Source of the DNA: Planctomycetota bacterium
GTDB taxonomy: Bacteria; Planctomycetota; JAJSAM01; JAJVHW01
DNA length: 64,000 nt
Direction of reading: 5' to 3'
Assembly (NCBI GenBank): GCA_965248445.1
Contig: CBDFJG010000004.1
Location: 928,001-992,000, forward strand
The notes below the pieces were generated by a model. The model did not search any database. It had not been told where the DNA came from and worked only from the letters and a program-made list of their open reading frames with translations. Of this stretch, positions 29,767 to 39,703 are shown piece by piece (position 1 is the first letter of the stretch; each line of letters starts with the position of its first letter). The translations under genes and the position numbers were made by a program.

Positions 29767-30753
29767 TCAGGCGTCGGCCAGCAGCTCCTCCCGCAGCTCC
29801 GGCAGGACGTCGCGCAACGAGCTCCGCGGAGTGCTGGCCAGCAGCGCGGTGTCCTCGGGATCGAGCGCACCGACGGTCTCGAGCGTGAGGGGCACGCCGG
29901 TGCCGGAGGGTAGGCGCACGTGCAGCGCGCCGAGATGGTGCGTCACGTCGCTCGCCTCGGGATTCACCTCGACCAGCAGCGCCCCCGCCTCGCGGGCGGC
30001 GTGCAGCAGCGGCCAGAGCGTGCTGACCTGCGCGGACGTGCCGACGGCGGGCGCGACGTCGGCCCGGCGCAGCTCCACGATCGCCCCCTCGTAGACACGC
30101 GTCGGTGCCATGTCGCCGAACATCACGACGCCGGGACGAACGGTGGGGCGGTCGCCGTCCCAGACGACGTCCTCGAACCGGTCCGACGGTCCCCAGACCA
30201 AGGAGTGATCACGCAGGTCCTTCCACACCCAGATCGATCCGTGGATGCGGTTGACGCCGCGACTGCCGGCCGCCTCGTGCAGCCCGTCCACGTTCTGCGT
30301 GTGGACACCGGCGAATGCACCGGGCCGCTTCTCTTGCGCGCGCGCGATCGCTGCGTGGGCGAGCGTCGACACCGCGTCGATCCCGAGCGAGCGGCGCCAG
30401 CAGTACCACTCGAGCGTGCGCCGCGGGTTGCGGCGGAACCCGTCGATGCTGGCGAGCTCCATGGGATCGACGTTCTTCCAGAGCGCCTCCCCGTCGGACC
30501 CGCGGAAGGTCGGGAAGCCCGCGTCGACGGAGATGCCCGCGCCGGAGAGCACCGCCACCCGTCCGCCGCGATCGCGCAGCGGCGCGAGGTCGGCGTTCGC
30601 CACGTCGCGCAACCGTCGCAGTTGCGCGAGCCGCACCTGGTCGACAGCGATCGCTGCCACCTGACGCGAAGAGAGGCCGTCACGCGCCGCCGGGAGCGAC
30701 GCGTGAGCGGCCTTGATCTCGTCGCCGGTGGTGTCCGCCCCGCGGGGGAACAC
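29767..30753 (-). CDS. Sir2/CobB family NAD-dependent protein deacylase (class III-like) with N-terminal extension; start uncertain
   Basis: SGAGISVDAGFPTFRG, YCWR, TQNVDGLH, IHGS, RPGVVMFGD, GTS, EVNP; Zn-binding cysteines absent. Confidence 0.88.
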   Translation of the reverse strand: MFPRGADTTGDEIKAAHASLPAARDGLSSRQVAAIAVDQVRLAQLRRLRDVANADLAPLRDRGGRVAVLSGAGISVDAGFPTFRGSDGEALWKNVDPMELASIDGFRRNPRRTLEWYCWRRSLGIDAVSTLAHAAIARAQEKRPGAFAGVHTQNVDGLHEAAGSRGVNRIHGSIWVWKDLRDHSLVWGPSDRFEDVVWDGDRPTVRPGVVMFGDMAPTRVYEGAIVELRRADVAPAVGTSAQVSTLWPLLHAAREAGALLVEVNPEASDVTHHLGALHVRLPSGTGVPLTLETVGALDPEDTALLASTPRSSLRDVLPELREELLADA

Positions 30754-30819
30754 CTCCGTCGCGATGGTCAGCGCCGTGTCGCTGGTGACGTCCCCGCCTC
30801 CTCCTCGTTTCCTGAGCGG

Positions 30820-32073
30820 CTACTCGCTGCCGAGTTCCGGGAACGTCGTCGTCAGCACTGGCACACCGCCGTTGTCCAGGATCGCGAGCGGCTGACCGCC
30901 GAGGCGCACGGCGTTGAAGTCCGGCGGGAGCTTGCCGCGCCGCGTGTCGATGCCGAAGCCGCCCGCGCCGGCCGGGCTGCGTGTCGTGAACGTGCCCAGC
31001 GTCGTGCGCGTGCCCGAAGGTGTGGTGGCGACCGCGGTGTACGGCGCACCGGACCGCGGTAGATCGACGATCCGGACGCGCAGCCGCTGCACGCGGCGAT
31101 TAGGGAGTTGTTCCACGGACACGGTCATCTCACCGATGCCGGGACCGCCGATCGATGTGAGCTGGACGGTCGCTGCAGACCGCGCGTGTCCGACCGGCGA
31201 GATGTCCTCGTCCACGGCGGAGAGCGGCGCGATGTCGCCGCGCAGCCGCACCGAACTTCCGATTCGGACCTCGATCAGTCCTCCGTTGAACTCGCTCCAC
31301 CGGACGATGCCCGACGGCAGAGCCGCCCGCCGCGTGTCGAGCAACAGGCTGGCGCCCGTCTGCGGTTCACGGGCCATGTCGCCCAGTTCGACGAAGCGGT
31401 TGGCTGCCGCGTTGATGACGCGCACGCGGCAGACCGACGTGTTCGTGCCGGTGAGGACGCCGGGTGCGCGCACCACGAGTCGATTGCGCACCTCGCCGTT
31501 CTCGTACTCGTCGGTCCCGAATCGGAAGCTGCCCGGAGCGTTGAACGGCGGGATCAGCGCTTCGAAGTGTCCGTACACTTCGGACGTGGCGGCCGAGCGT
31601 CCGGCCCGCGCGACGTCGAATGCGGGAACCGTGCCCCGCAGCACCGCGCCCGTGGGACCCCGCACCTCGATCGTCGCTCCGGCCTGCGCACGCAGACCGT
31701 CTCCCGGCACAGGGAACAACCGCTCGACGCGCCGCAGGCGCAAGCGGCCGCGCTCGCGTCGGTTCACGCGCACGCGGCCGAGACGCACCTCATCCCCGGC
31801 GACGGGAACCAGGAACGCCTCGTACACCGGGAGTCCGCCCGTCGCGGTGGGGGTGACGTCGAGCTGCTCTGCGTCGATGAACACGAAGCCGCGTTCACGC
31901 CCTGTCTTGCGGACCGCGGACAGCAGCTCGAACGTGCCCGTCGCGACCCCGCCCGTCGTCGAGATGAGGTCGCCAGCCGAGCGCAGCCGGATCGCCCGGC
32001 CGGCGTCCGCGGGGGAACCGATCGTGGCGACGGCCAGAACTGCGAGAGCGATGGTGTGTGGGAGCAGGCGCAT
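30820..32073 (-). CDS. Secreted protein built from three tandem beta-rich repeats
   Basis: Signal peptide ending PADA; recurring LG...DTRR..LP...G..IEV...L.G..P units. Confidence 0.75.
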   Translation of the reverse strand: MRLLPHTIALAVLAVATIGSPADAGRAIRLRSAGDLISTTGGVATGTFELLSAVRKTGRERGFVFIDAEQLDVTPTATGGLPVYEAFLVPVAGDEVRLGRVRVNRRERGRLRLRRVERLFPVPGDGLRAQAGATIEVRGPTGAVLRGTVPAFDVARAGRSAATSEVYGHFEALIPPFNAPGSFRFGTDEYENGEVRNRLVVRAPGVLTGTNTSVCRVRVINAAANRFVELGDMAREPQTGASLLLDTRRAALPSGIVRWSEFNGGLIEVRIGSSVRLRGDIAPLSAVDEDISPVGHARSAATVQLTSIGGPGIGEMTVSVEQLPNRRVQRLRVRIVDLPRSGAPYTAVATTPSGTRTTLGTFTTRSPAGAGGFGIDTRRGKLPPDFNAVRLGGQPLAILDNGGVPVLTTTFPELGSE

Positions 32074-32126
32074 TCGGCGGATCCTAGGACTCCCGCGCGG
32101 TCGGACACCGGGCGAAAATGTTCACT

Positions 32127-32162
32127 GGGCGCAGTACAGGCACGGGGCGCAGTACAGGCACG
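32127..32162. repeat. 18-bp tandem direct repeat (2 exact copies) in a divergent promoter region
   Basis: GGGCGCAGTACAGGCACG x2, followed by a degenerate third unit containing the -10 box. Confidence 0.85.
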
Positions 32163-32179
32163 CACGGTACGGTCACGGG

Positions 32180-33016
32180 ATGTCACCTGCTCCCCGGCTC
32201 GGTCTGGCTCTCGGCGGCGGCTCCGCGCGCGGCTTCGCGCACATCGGCGTCGTCCAGGTGCTGGTCGAGGAGCGGATCCCGATCGACTTCATTGCCGGGA
32301 CCAGCATCGGCGCGATCGTGGGCGGCCTGCACGCCGCGGGCACGCTCGCCGATCACACCGACCGGCTGCTCGGCTACAAGATGGCCCAGATCTTCGCGCT
32401 CTTCTCGCCGACGATCTCGCGCACGGGTCTCTTCCACGGCAAGAAGATCGTCGCCACGCTGCGCGAGATGACCGGTCGCGCGAACATCGACGATCTGGAC
32501 ATCGGCTTCACAGCCGTCGCGACCGACGCCGACAGCGGCGAGGAGGTCCGTATCTCGGATGGCGACCTCGTCGATGCGATGCGCGCGAGCTTCGCGATAC
32601 CCGGCGTCTTCTCACCGCAACTCCGGAACGGGCGCTGGCTGGTGGACGGTGGCGTCGTCTCGCCGGTGCCGGTGGGTGCCGCGCGCGACCTCGGCGCGGA
32701 CTGCGTCGTCGCTGTCAGCCTGATCAACCGTGCCGACGAGCATGTCGTGGACACGGCGACCGATCCGGAGCACGTGGCGGGGCCCGCGCCCAAGATGGTC
32801 CCCGCCGTCGTGCGCTCGTTCAACTGGATGCAGGCGAAGCTCGCGGAGTTGCAGATGACTGCGCAGCCGCCGGACGTGATCATCGAGCCGCAGCTCGGGA
32901 AGTTCGGACTGTTCGACTACATGCGCGGACAGGAGCTGATCGAGATCGGGCGGCAGGCGACGACGGCGGCGCTTCCGCAAATCCGCGCTGCGCTCTCAGC
33001 GCGCGATCCGTCGTAG
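32180..33016 (+). CDS. Patatin-like phospholipase (RssA/NTE family)
   Basis: LGGGSARGFAHIGV, GTSIG, ASFAIPG, LVDGG. Confidence 0.93.
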   Translation: MSPAPRLGLALGGGSARGFAHIGVVQVLVEERIPIDFIAGTSIGAIVGGLHAAGTLADHTDRLLGYKMAQIFALFSPTISRTGLFHGKKIVATLREMTGRANIDDLDIGFTAVATDADSGEEVRISDGDLVDAMRASFAIPGVFSPQLRNGRWLVDGGVVSPVPVGAARDLGADCVVAVSLINRADEHVVDTATDPEHVAGPAPKMVPAVVRSFNWMQAKLAELQMTAQPPDVIIEPQLGKFGLFDYMRGQELIEIGRQATTAALPQIRAALSARDPS

Positions 33017-34159
33017 CCGCCGGGCGCCCTCCTCGAGGGTCTCCATCCGCTTGCAGAACGCGAAGCGAGCGAGGAAGCGGCCGCGCTCCTTGCGCTCGTA
33101 GAACGCCGTCGGCGGGATGGCGGCGACCCCGATCTCCTCGACGAGGTGCTTGCAGAACGCGATGTCGTCGTCGAAGCCGAGTGGCCGGATGTCCACCATC
33201 ACGAAGTACGTCCCCTCGGGTGCCGTGACGCCGAAGCCGACGTCGCGCAGCACGTCCACCAGATAGTCGCGGCGACGCCGATACGCGGCGAGGAACTCGT
33301 CGAAGTACGCATCCGGCGCGCGCAGCGCCTCGCTCATGGCGTGCTGGAACGGTGTCGCCACGGCGAACGTCACGAACTGGTGCGCGGTCGCGATGGCCTT
33401 CGCGAGTTCCGCGGGTGCGGTCACGTAGCCGATCTTCCAGCCCGTCAGCGAGAACGTCTTCCCGGTCGAATTGATCGTCACCGTGCGCTCGCGCATTCCG
33501 GGCAGCGTGGCCATGGGGATGTGCTCACCCTCGAACACCAGCCGGTCGTAGACCTCGTCGGTCACGCAGATCACGTCGTGCTCGTGGCAGAGCGCGGCGA
33601 GCGTCTCCATTTCCGCGCGCGTCAGCACACGGCCGGTGGGGTTGTGGGGAGTGTTGAGCAGGAGGATGCGCGTGCGTTCGCTGAACGCTGCGCGCAACTC
33701 GTCTTCGTCCCAGCGGAACTCCGGCGCGTGCAGCGTCACGAAGCGCGGCGTAGCGCCGGCCATCGCCGTGCAAGCGCGGTACGAGTCGTAGTACGGCTCG
33801 AGCATGACGACTTCGTCGCCCGGTTCGCAGAGCGCCATCAGCGCGACGTGGATCGCCTCGGTGGCGCCGGAGGTGACGACGACCTCGGTCAGCGGTTGGT
33901 AGGAGAGGCCGTGGCGCGACTCGATGGTCTCCGAGACGGCTTGCACGAGCGTCGGAGCGCCGGCCATGCGCGCGTACTGGTTGTGCCCGTCCGCGATGGC
34001 GCGCTGCGCGGCGGTGAGGGCGAACTCCGGTCCCCCGAAGTCTGGGAACCCCTGCGAGAGGTTCACGGCCTGGTGCTCGTTCGCGAGCCGCGTCATCTCC
34101 GTGAAGATGGTCGTCCCGAACTCACGCAGCCGCGATGTCAGAGCCGGTCTCTCGCCCAT
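32996..34159 (-). CDS. PLP-dependent aminotransferase class I/II (YbdL/DapC-like)
   Basis: VNLSQGFPDF, NTPHNPTG, DEVY, STGKTFSLTGWKIG, RFAFCK. Confidence 0.93.
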   Translation of the reverse strand: MGERPALTSRLREFGTTIFTEMTRLANEHQAVNLSQGFPDFGGPEFALTAAQRAIADGHNQYARMAGAPTLVQAVSETIESRHGLSYQPLTEVVVTSGATEAIHVALMALCEPGDEVVMLEPYYDSYRACTAMAGATPRFVTLHAPEFRWDEDELRAAFSERTRILLLNTPHNPTGRVLTRAEMETLAALCHEHDVICVTDEVYDRLVFEGEHIPMATLPGMRERTVTINSTGKTFSLTGWKIGYVTAPAELAKAIATAHQFVTFAVATPFQHAMSEALRAPDAYFDEFLAAYRRRRDYLVDVLRDVGFGVTAPEGTYFVMVDIRPLGFDDDIAFCKHLVEEIGVAAIPPTAFYERKERGRFLARFAFCKRMETLEEGARRLRRIAR

Positions 34160-34195
34160 GGATACCTCTCGATAGCGTTAGCGTATCCTCTGCGC

Positions 34196-34519
34196 ATGCG
34201 TGCCGTTGCTTCGGGTCTGATCTGTTCCGCCCTGCTCGTCACTCTCGCGTGCGGGGATGCGCCGGATCCGGTGCCGGCACCGGCAGCCGAGCGCGCAGTG
34301 GCACCCGCTCTCTCACCCGTGGCTGTCACGCGCGCGCCGGTGCCGACGCCGCTGCGGGTGTTCGTCCGGCAGGACTTCCGCCGCGGAGCGCAGCAACTCC
34401 AGGAGCAGCAGCCGTCCCATCGCCGCTTCACGCGAGACGTGTTCGGGTACCCGGACGCGTGGTTGGCCCCGTCCGAGCGCCCGCCTGAGTACGAGGGCGG
34501 TCCGCCGGAGTCGCGGTGA
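34196..34519 (+). CDS. Small hypothetical lipoprotein
   Basis: ATG 34196 after TATCCT; lipobox TLAC; Pro/Ala linker. Confidence 0.65.
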   Translation: MRAVASGLICSALLVTLACGDAPDPVPAPAAERAVAPALSPVAVTRAPVPTPLRVFVRQDFRRGAQQLQEQQPSHRRFTRDVFGYPDAWLAPSERPPEYEGGPPESR

Positions 34520-35109
34520 ACCGTCGGACGAACGACGCAGTGTTCGTCGTGTCCGCAGCGCTGATGCTGGCGCTCGGACTCGCCTGCGGTGGAATCGGTG
34601 TGGCGGTGGAGGTGCCGCTCGAGGGCAGCTTCTCCGTCTCGGCGACCGACGCCGACGAGGATGCGGCGGTCGGCGCGGTGCCACCGACCGTGTACGCGTG
34701 GGGCGATGACGAGCACCACGTGATCGTGAAGCGCCGGCCGCGCAAGCAGCCCGACGCGCCTCTCGAGTGGTGGATCCTCACGGTCGAGGGGAGAGTGACG
34801 GACGGCCCGTTCAGCGATGACGAGATCGCCGCCGCGCGCGAGCGGTTGGGCGTCTCCCCGGACCTGGCGCTCGAGGACTGTCTCGACAGCCAGGCGCCGG
34901 CCGACGACGAGGACGTGCATCGGGTTCTGCGTGCGCGCCTGGAGCGATTCGCCGCGAAGGAGCCGTGGCTCCGCGATCGCTCGACGGATCCGGCGCGGAC
35001 GGAGGCCGAGCGCCAACGCTGGCGCAGCGACCTCGAGAGTCTCGAGAATCGCGCAATCAGCACCGAGGAGTTGCTGCGTCGGCTCGGAGGGACGCGGGAC
35101 GACGACTGA
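34516..35109 (+). CDS. Hypothetical secreted/membrane-anchored protein
   Basis: GTGA overlap with the upstream gene, N-terminal hydrophobic segment, good GC3 bias. Confidence 0.65.
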   Translation: MNRRTNDAVFVVSAALMLALGLACGGIGVAVEVPLEGSFSVSATDADEDAAVGAVPPTVYAWGDDEHHVIVKRRPRKQPDAPLEWWILTVEGRVTDGPFSDDEIAAARERLGVSPDLALEDCLDSQAPADDEDVHRVLRARLERFAAKEPWLRDRSTDPARTEAERQRWRSDLESLENRAISTEELLRRLGGTRDDD

Positions 35110-36900
35110 ACCGCGAGTGAGAACGCGGGATCACGCCCATGGTTACGATGGCCGGCCCCATGTCCTCGTTCCGATCGGGTCTCGGCGGTGCTCTGACGCT
35201 TCTGCTCGTGTGCGGCGTTCTGCCGGTTCACGCGCAGGAGGTGAATCGCGATTCGTTCGCGCAGGTGAGGAGCGAGACCGACGTCGACGACCGGGCGGCG
35301 GTGCGCGCGGCACGGCTGCGGCTCGAGCGCAGCGACCCGCTCTTCTGGAAGCAGCCCTGGCCCGCCGGTCGGTTCCGAGCGGCATTGGCCCGCTCGCTCA
35401 CTCCGGTGGAAGCAGGGGCGCAACTGGATCAGGCGTCCGGGGATCCGGACATGATCAAGGACTGCGCGGCCAACCTCGCCGGGCGTGACGACATCGGTGC
35501 GCTGCTCCTCGAGAAAGACCGCGTCGCCGCGCTCATCGCCGCACACATCAGCTCCGCGGTCCGGATTGCAGAGGACGATCTCTACGACGGTCGCCGCGGC
35601 CTCGCGACTCGCCTTCTCTCGGATCCCTCCAGCGCCGAGCGCGCCGTCGAGTCGTTCGTCGTGGGCACGACGCCCGACGGCATTCGTCTTGTCGCGGACG
35701 TGCTCGCCGGAACCGTCGAACTGCCCGCGCCGGCACTCGCCGCGCTCGCCCGGGCGCGACCCATCAACTTCAACCCGCGGCGGCCGAAGCCGCTCGGTGC
35801 GGAGAGGCTCGCGGCTCTACTGGCGGCGCAACCCAATCTGGAAGACCATCTGCTGCGCGTGCTGGCGGCGCAGATCGTGGAGCTGTCGTCGGACGCCGAC
35901 GCCGACACGATCGCGAGCGCGTGGCAGGGCGCACGCTCGGTTGACGCGGACATCGACGACTGGGGTCGCATCGGACGCGACCATGGCGCCGCCGTCACGA
36001 TCGCGAAACTACCGAGTGCCGCTGTCTTGCCGGTCGTGCAGGGGGCGTACTGGGCCGGGCTCATCTCGGCGGAGCGGTCATTCGCGGATGCCGATGAGTC
36101 CGCCGCCTGGGTGGCAGGCGGCTACACGAGCACACCGGACGCACGTGTGCGGGGCGCGCTTCTCCTGAGGCTGCCGGATCTGCACGGCTACCTCGTCGCC
36201 GACGAGCGCCGTAAGCACGCAGTGCCGGCCTGGCGCGAGTTCCTCGAGATGCTTGCAGCCGGCCGCGAAGCCGACCCGCCGGTGCTGCGTCTTCTCGGTC
36301 AACGCACGGGGCGTGCTCTGCTCAACGATCTGTCAGACGACCCGAGCCGCCGCTGGCGGATGCGCGGGCCCGCACTGCCAGTGGCAAAGAAGGACGAACT
36401 CGGCACGTCCGCGATCGGCCGCGCACGTGCGCTGGTCGCGGCCGCAGACGATCCTGCGAAGCTGCTCGAGCAGATCGAGACCGCGCAGCTCGAATCGCAC
36501 GAACCGGACCTTCACTCGATGATCCGTGCGGAGCCCGCTCTCGACGCAGACACGTGCGTCGCTCTGCGCAAGCTCGTCGAGCAGTGTCAAGATCCGCGCG
36601 GCGTGCGGCTCGCGGCGTCCCTGCTCGGTGTCGGCGGCGATCTCGACGACATGGCTTTCGTCATCCGGCGCGCAGATGGACTGGACCTCGACGGTGACTA
36701 CGACGGCTATTGGCTGCCACCCGGCGGACGGCTCGTGATCACGACCGAGGCCCTGCGCCGCACGCTGGAACTCGTTGAGGAGAAGACGATCTCGCCTCTG
36801 GCGCGCTTCGATCTGATGGAGCGTGTCGTCCTCGCTCTCGACTTCGCGCTCGACGATGGTCCACCGCCGGAAACGCTCGCCGTGCTGGGCACGTGGCTAG

Positions 36901-38596
36901 CCTGCATAATTCATCACGCCACGCCCGGAACGTAGATTCGGGCGCACCGCGCATTGCATAAACTGTTGTTAGAGCAATAGTTACACAGATGCGAGAGGTA
37001 CGCCCGAGTGACGAATTCTACCCCACACACTGTCCGGTTTCCCGATCTCTTCGGGAAGGTCACCACGGCCGTGTTCGACGGCGAAGCGCACACGTCCGAG
37101 GGAGGCGCGGGACTGCTGCGCGCGGTGGACCGTCGAATGGGAGTGACCGCAGGTCTGGCTGCGCTGTTGGTGGATCGTCGTGACCCGACGCGGGTGCAGC
37201 ACTCGTTGGAGGAGCTCTTTCGGCAGCGCGTCTTCTCGATCGGCCTGGGCTACAGCGACCAGAACGACGCGGCTCGCGTGGGCACCGACCCGATGCTCAA
37301 GGGGGTCACGGGCCGCGCGCCGATCAAGGGCGCCGACCTGGCGTCTCAGGCGACGCTGTCGCGCTTCGAGAACGCGGTCACGGCGCACGAGCTCGTGGCC
37401 TTGTCGCGCAAGCTCGAGGAGGACGTGATCGAGCGTCTTTGCGCTCGCCACCGGGGGGCCCGGCGCATCACGATCGACATGGACCCGAGCTGTGACCCGA
37501 CCCACGGTGCACAGCAGGGAGCGCTCTTCAACGGCTTCTACGACACGTGGTGCTACCTGCCGGTTTTCGGCTTCCTCACGGTCGACGGCGATCCGGAGCA
37601 GTACCTTTTCTGTGCGCGGCTGCGGCCGGGCAACGCGAAGGAGGGCCGCACGTCGCTGCGGACGATCCGCCGGATGGTGAAGCGACTTCGGCGTGCGTTT
37701 CCGCGCACGCAGATCCTCGTGCGCCTGGACAGCGGCTTCGCCGGCTCGCGGCTCTTCGACGCGCTGGACGAACTCGGCGTGAAGTACGTGGTCGGGATGC
37801 CCAAGAACAAGCGGCTCCTGGATCTGTGCGACGCCGAGATGACAGCGGCTGCGGTGCTGGCGGCGATGGAAGACAAGACGGCGCAGATCTACGGCGACTG
37901 CGAGTACCGGGCGAAGAGCTGGAGCAGGTCCCGCCGCGTGGTCTTCAAGGCGCAAGTGCTGGTCGCCACCGGGAAGGTGAACAAGGACAACGCGCGCTTC
38001 GTGGTCACCAACGTCTCGCGCAGCTACAAGCCCGAGACGACCTACTGCAAGACCTACTGCGGTCGCGGCGACGCCGAGAACCGCATCAAGGAACTCAAGG
38101 GTGGCCTGGCGGTGGATCGCACGAGCAACTCGAGCTTCCTGGCGAACCAGTTCCGCGTGCTGATGACCGCGGCGGCCTACGTACTCTTCCAGGAGTTACG
38201 CTACCAGTTGCGCGGCACCACGGCCGCAGTCTGGCAGGTGCACACGATCCGCGAACGGCTGCTCAAGATCGGCGCCCGCGTCGTGGAATCGGTGCGCCGC
38301 GTCGTCGTGCATCTCGCGGCGGCCTGCCCATGGCGCGAGCTGTGGTGCCGCGTCGCGCGAAGGCTCGGCGCTGCGCCGGTCTGAGCGCAGCCGATGGCCA
38401 GAAGAACGACACGCTTCCGGCTACCGGTCCGTCCAGACCTCGTCCGCGCGGCGGCAAATGGACTTGAACGCCCCCTCGGAACGAAGATCCCGCCGTCCGA
38501 GACCCCGCCGACCTCGGTGAACGCCGCAAGTCGAGCGCCCGGGCGCTCGGACCGGCCGAGGGACGCCATCGCGAGCGTCGTCATGAATAGTGCGGG
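36901..38596 (+). mobile_element. IS1380-family insertion sequence (copy A) with imperfect terminal inverted repeats and CTAG target duplication
   Basis: Left end CCTGCATAATTCATCACG vs reverse-complemented right end CCCGCACTATTCATGACG; CTAG at 36897-36900 and 38597-38600. Confidence 0.9.
37008..38384 (+). CDS. IS1380 family DDE transposase
   Basis: FDGEAHTSEGG, LASQATLSRFEN, IDMD...HGAQQG.FNGFY..CYLP, RLDSGF, YCGRGDAENRIKELK. Confidence 0.95.
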   Translation: MTNSTPHTVRFPDLFGKVTTAVFDGEAHTSEGGAGLLRAVDRRMGVTAGLAALLVDRRDPTRVQHSLEELFRQRVFSIGLGYSDQNDAARVGTDPMLKGVTGRAPIKGADLASQATLSRFENAVTAHELVALSRKLEEDVIERLCARHRGARRITIDMDPSCDPTHGAQQGALFNGFYDTWCYLPVFGFLTVDGDPEQYLFCARLRPGNAKEGRTSLRTIRRMVKRLRRAFPRTQILVRLDSGFAGSRLFDALDELGVKYVVGMPKNKRLLDLCDAEMTAAAVLAAMEDKTAQIYGDCEYRAKSWSRSRRVVFKAQVLVATGKVNKDNARFVVTNVSRSYKPETTYCKTYCGRGDAENRIKELKGGLAVDRTSNSSFLANQFRVLMTAAAYVLFQELRYQLRGTTAAVWQVHTIRERLLKIGARVVESVRRVVVHLAAACPWRELWCRVARRLGAAPV

Positions 38597-38773
38597 CTAG
38601 AGACCGTCGCGCCGACGCTCGACGGGGGACTGGCCGAGTACGTGCTCGAAGCGTTCCGCGACTTCGCGTTCGAGAACGAGGAGTGGGCGGAACTCGATGT
38701 GCCGGTCCGCCTCGGGATCGAGGCCATGCCCGGCGGCGGGCCGCAGCTGCGGCTGCTGTCCGGCGACTGAGTC

Positions 38774-39703
38774 TCAGCTCGCGCGGCGCACCGCGGCGCG
38801 CGCAACAACGCTGATCAGGTCGCCTACGACGACGAGCGCTGCGCCGAGCAGGACGAAGAAGAACATCTCGTCCTGCCGCTGGCCCGCTCGCGCCTCGTTG
38901 ATGACGGCGCCGAGCGAGATCATGCCGAGCAGCCCGAGCACGGTGGCCTCCCGGACGCACGTCTCCCAGCGGTAGAAGAAGAAGAGCAGGAAGCGGTTGA
39001 GCGTCTCGGGGATCAGCGCGAAGAGCGCGATCTGCCTGCGCGACGCGCCGAGTCCGCGCAGCGCGGCGGGGCGGGCCGGCGGGACGTTCTCGATCACCTC
39101 GGCTTGCAGGCGGCCGACGATGCCGGCGTTGTGCAGTGCGAGCGCGATGACCGCGGGCCACGCAGTCACACCCAGCATGCGCACCAGCAGGAACGCCCAC
39201 ACGTACTCTGGAACGGCGCGCAGGAACACGAATAGCCCGCGCGTCACGAACACGACCGCGCCCCACGCCAGGCGGGCCGGGCGCGTCGCCCGTCGCGGAT
39301 CGCGCAGGTACGGGTCGGGACGGGCCACGGTGCGCGCAGCCGGGAGCGCGAGCACAGCGCCGACGATCCCCGCGAGACAGATTGCCACGACGGAGATGTG
39401 GAACGTGCGTGTCAGCGCCTCCCACCCGGGTTCGCGCGTCAGCCGTGCGGCCCAGTCGAATGCGACGCCCCAGTCCCAGTCCTTGCCCTGCAGCGGATAG
39501 GGAACGAGTTCGCCGAGGAAGCGGTCGATATTCGTCAGGTTCCTGTCCGAGAACGCGCTGAGCAGGTCCAGTTCGCCCGAGAGGAAACTCCAGCTCCACG
39601 CGTACGCGGTGAGCGCGGCCAGCGCAATCAGGCTGCGCCGCAAGAACGTGTCCCTAATGCGCCCGCGGTGCAGGTCGGTGATCCGCGCGGTTCGGTCGGT
39701 CAT
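38774..39703 (-). CDS. PhnE/PtxC-family ABC permease
   Basis: LRAVPEYVWA, ALALHNAG, YRWETCVREATVLG. Confidence 0.88.
   Translation of the reverse strand: MTDRTARITDLHRGRIRDTFLRRSLIALAALTAYAWSWSFLSGELDLLSAFSDRNLTNIDRFLGELVPYPLQGKDWDWGVAFDWAARLTREPGWEALTRTFHISVVAICLAGIVGAVLALPAARTVARPDPYLRDPRRATRPARLAWGAVVFVTRGLFVFLRAVPEYVWAFLLVRMLGVTAWPAVIALALHNAGIVGRLQAEVIENVPPARPAALRGLGASRRQIALFALIPETLNRFLLFFFYRWETCVREATVLGLLGMISLGAVINEARAGQRQDEMFFFVLLGAALVVVGDLISVVARAAVRRAS

Larger units (their letters stand above)
35139..38770 (+). pseudogene. Secreted alpha-helical (possibly HEAT-like) protein interrupted near its 3' end by IS1380
   Basis: Joining 36900 to 38601 restores ...LGTWLETVAPTLDGGLAEYVLEAFRDF...LLSGD* (TGA 38768-38770). 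Confidence 0.8.

Noticed and set aside
29767..32073. TAG read-through fusing the secreted repeat protein to the sirtuin (same frame)
   Set aside because: A one-in-three chance coincidence; a strong RBS lies in the gap, and an exported-cytoplasmic fusion is implausible.
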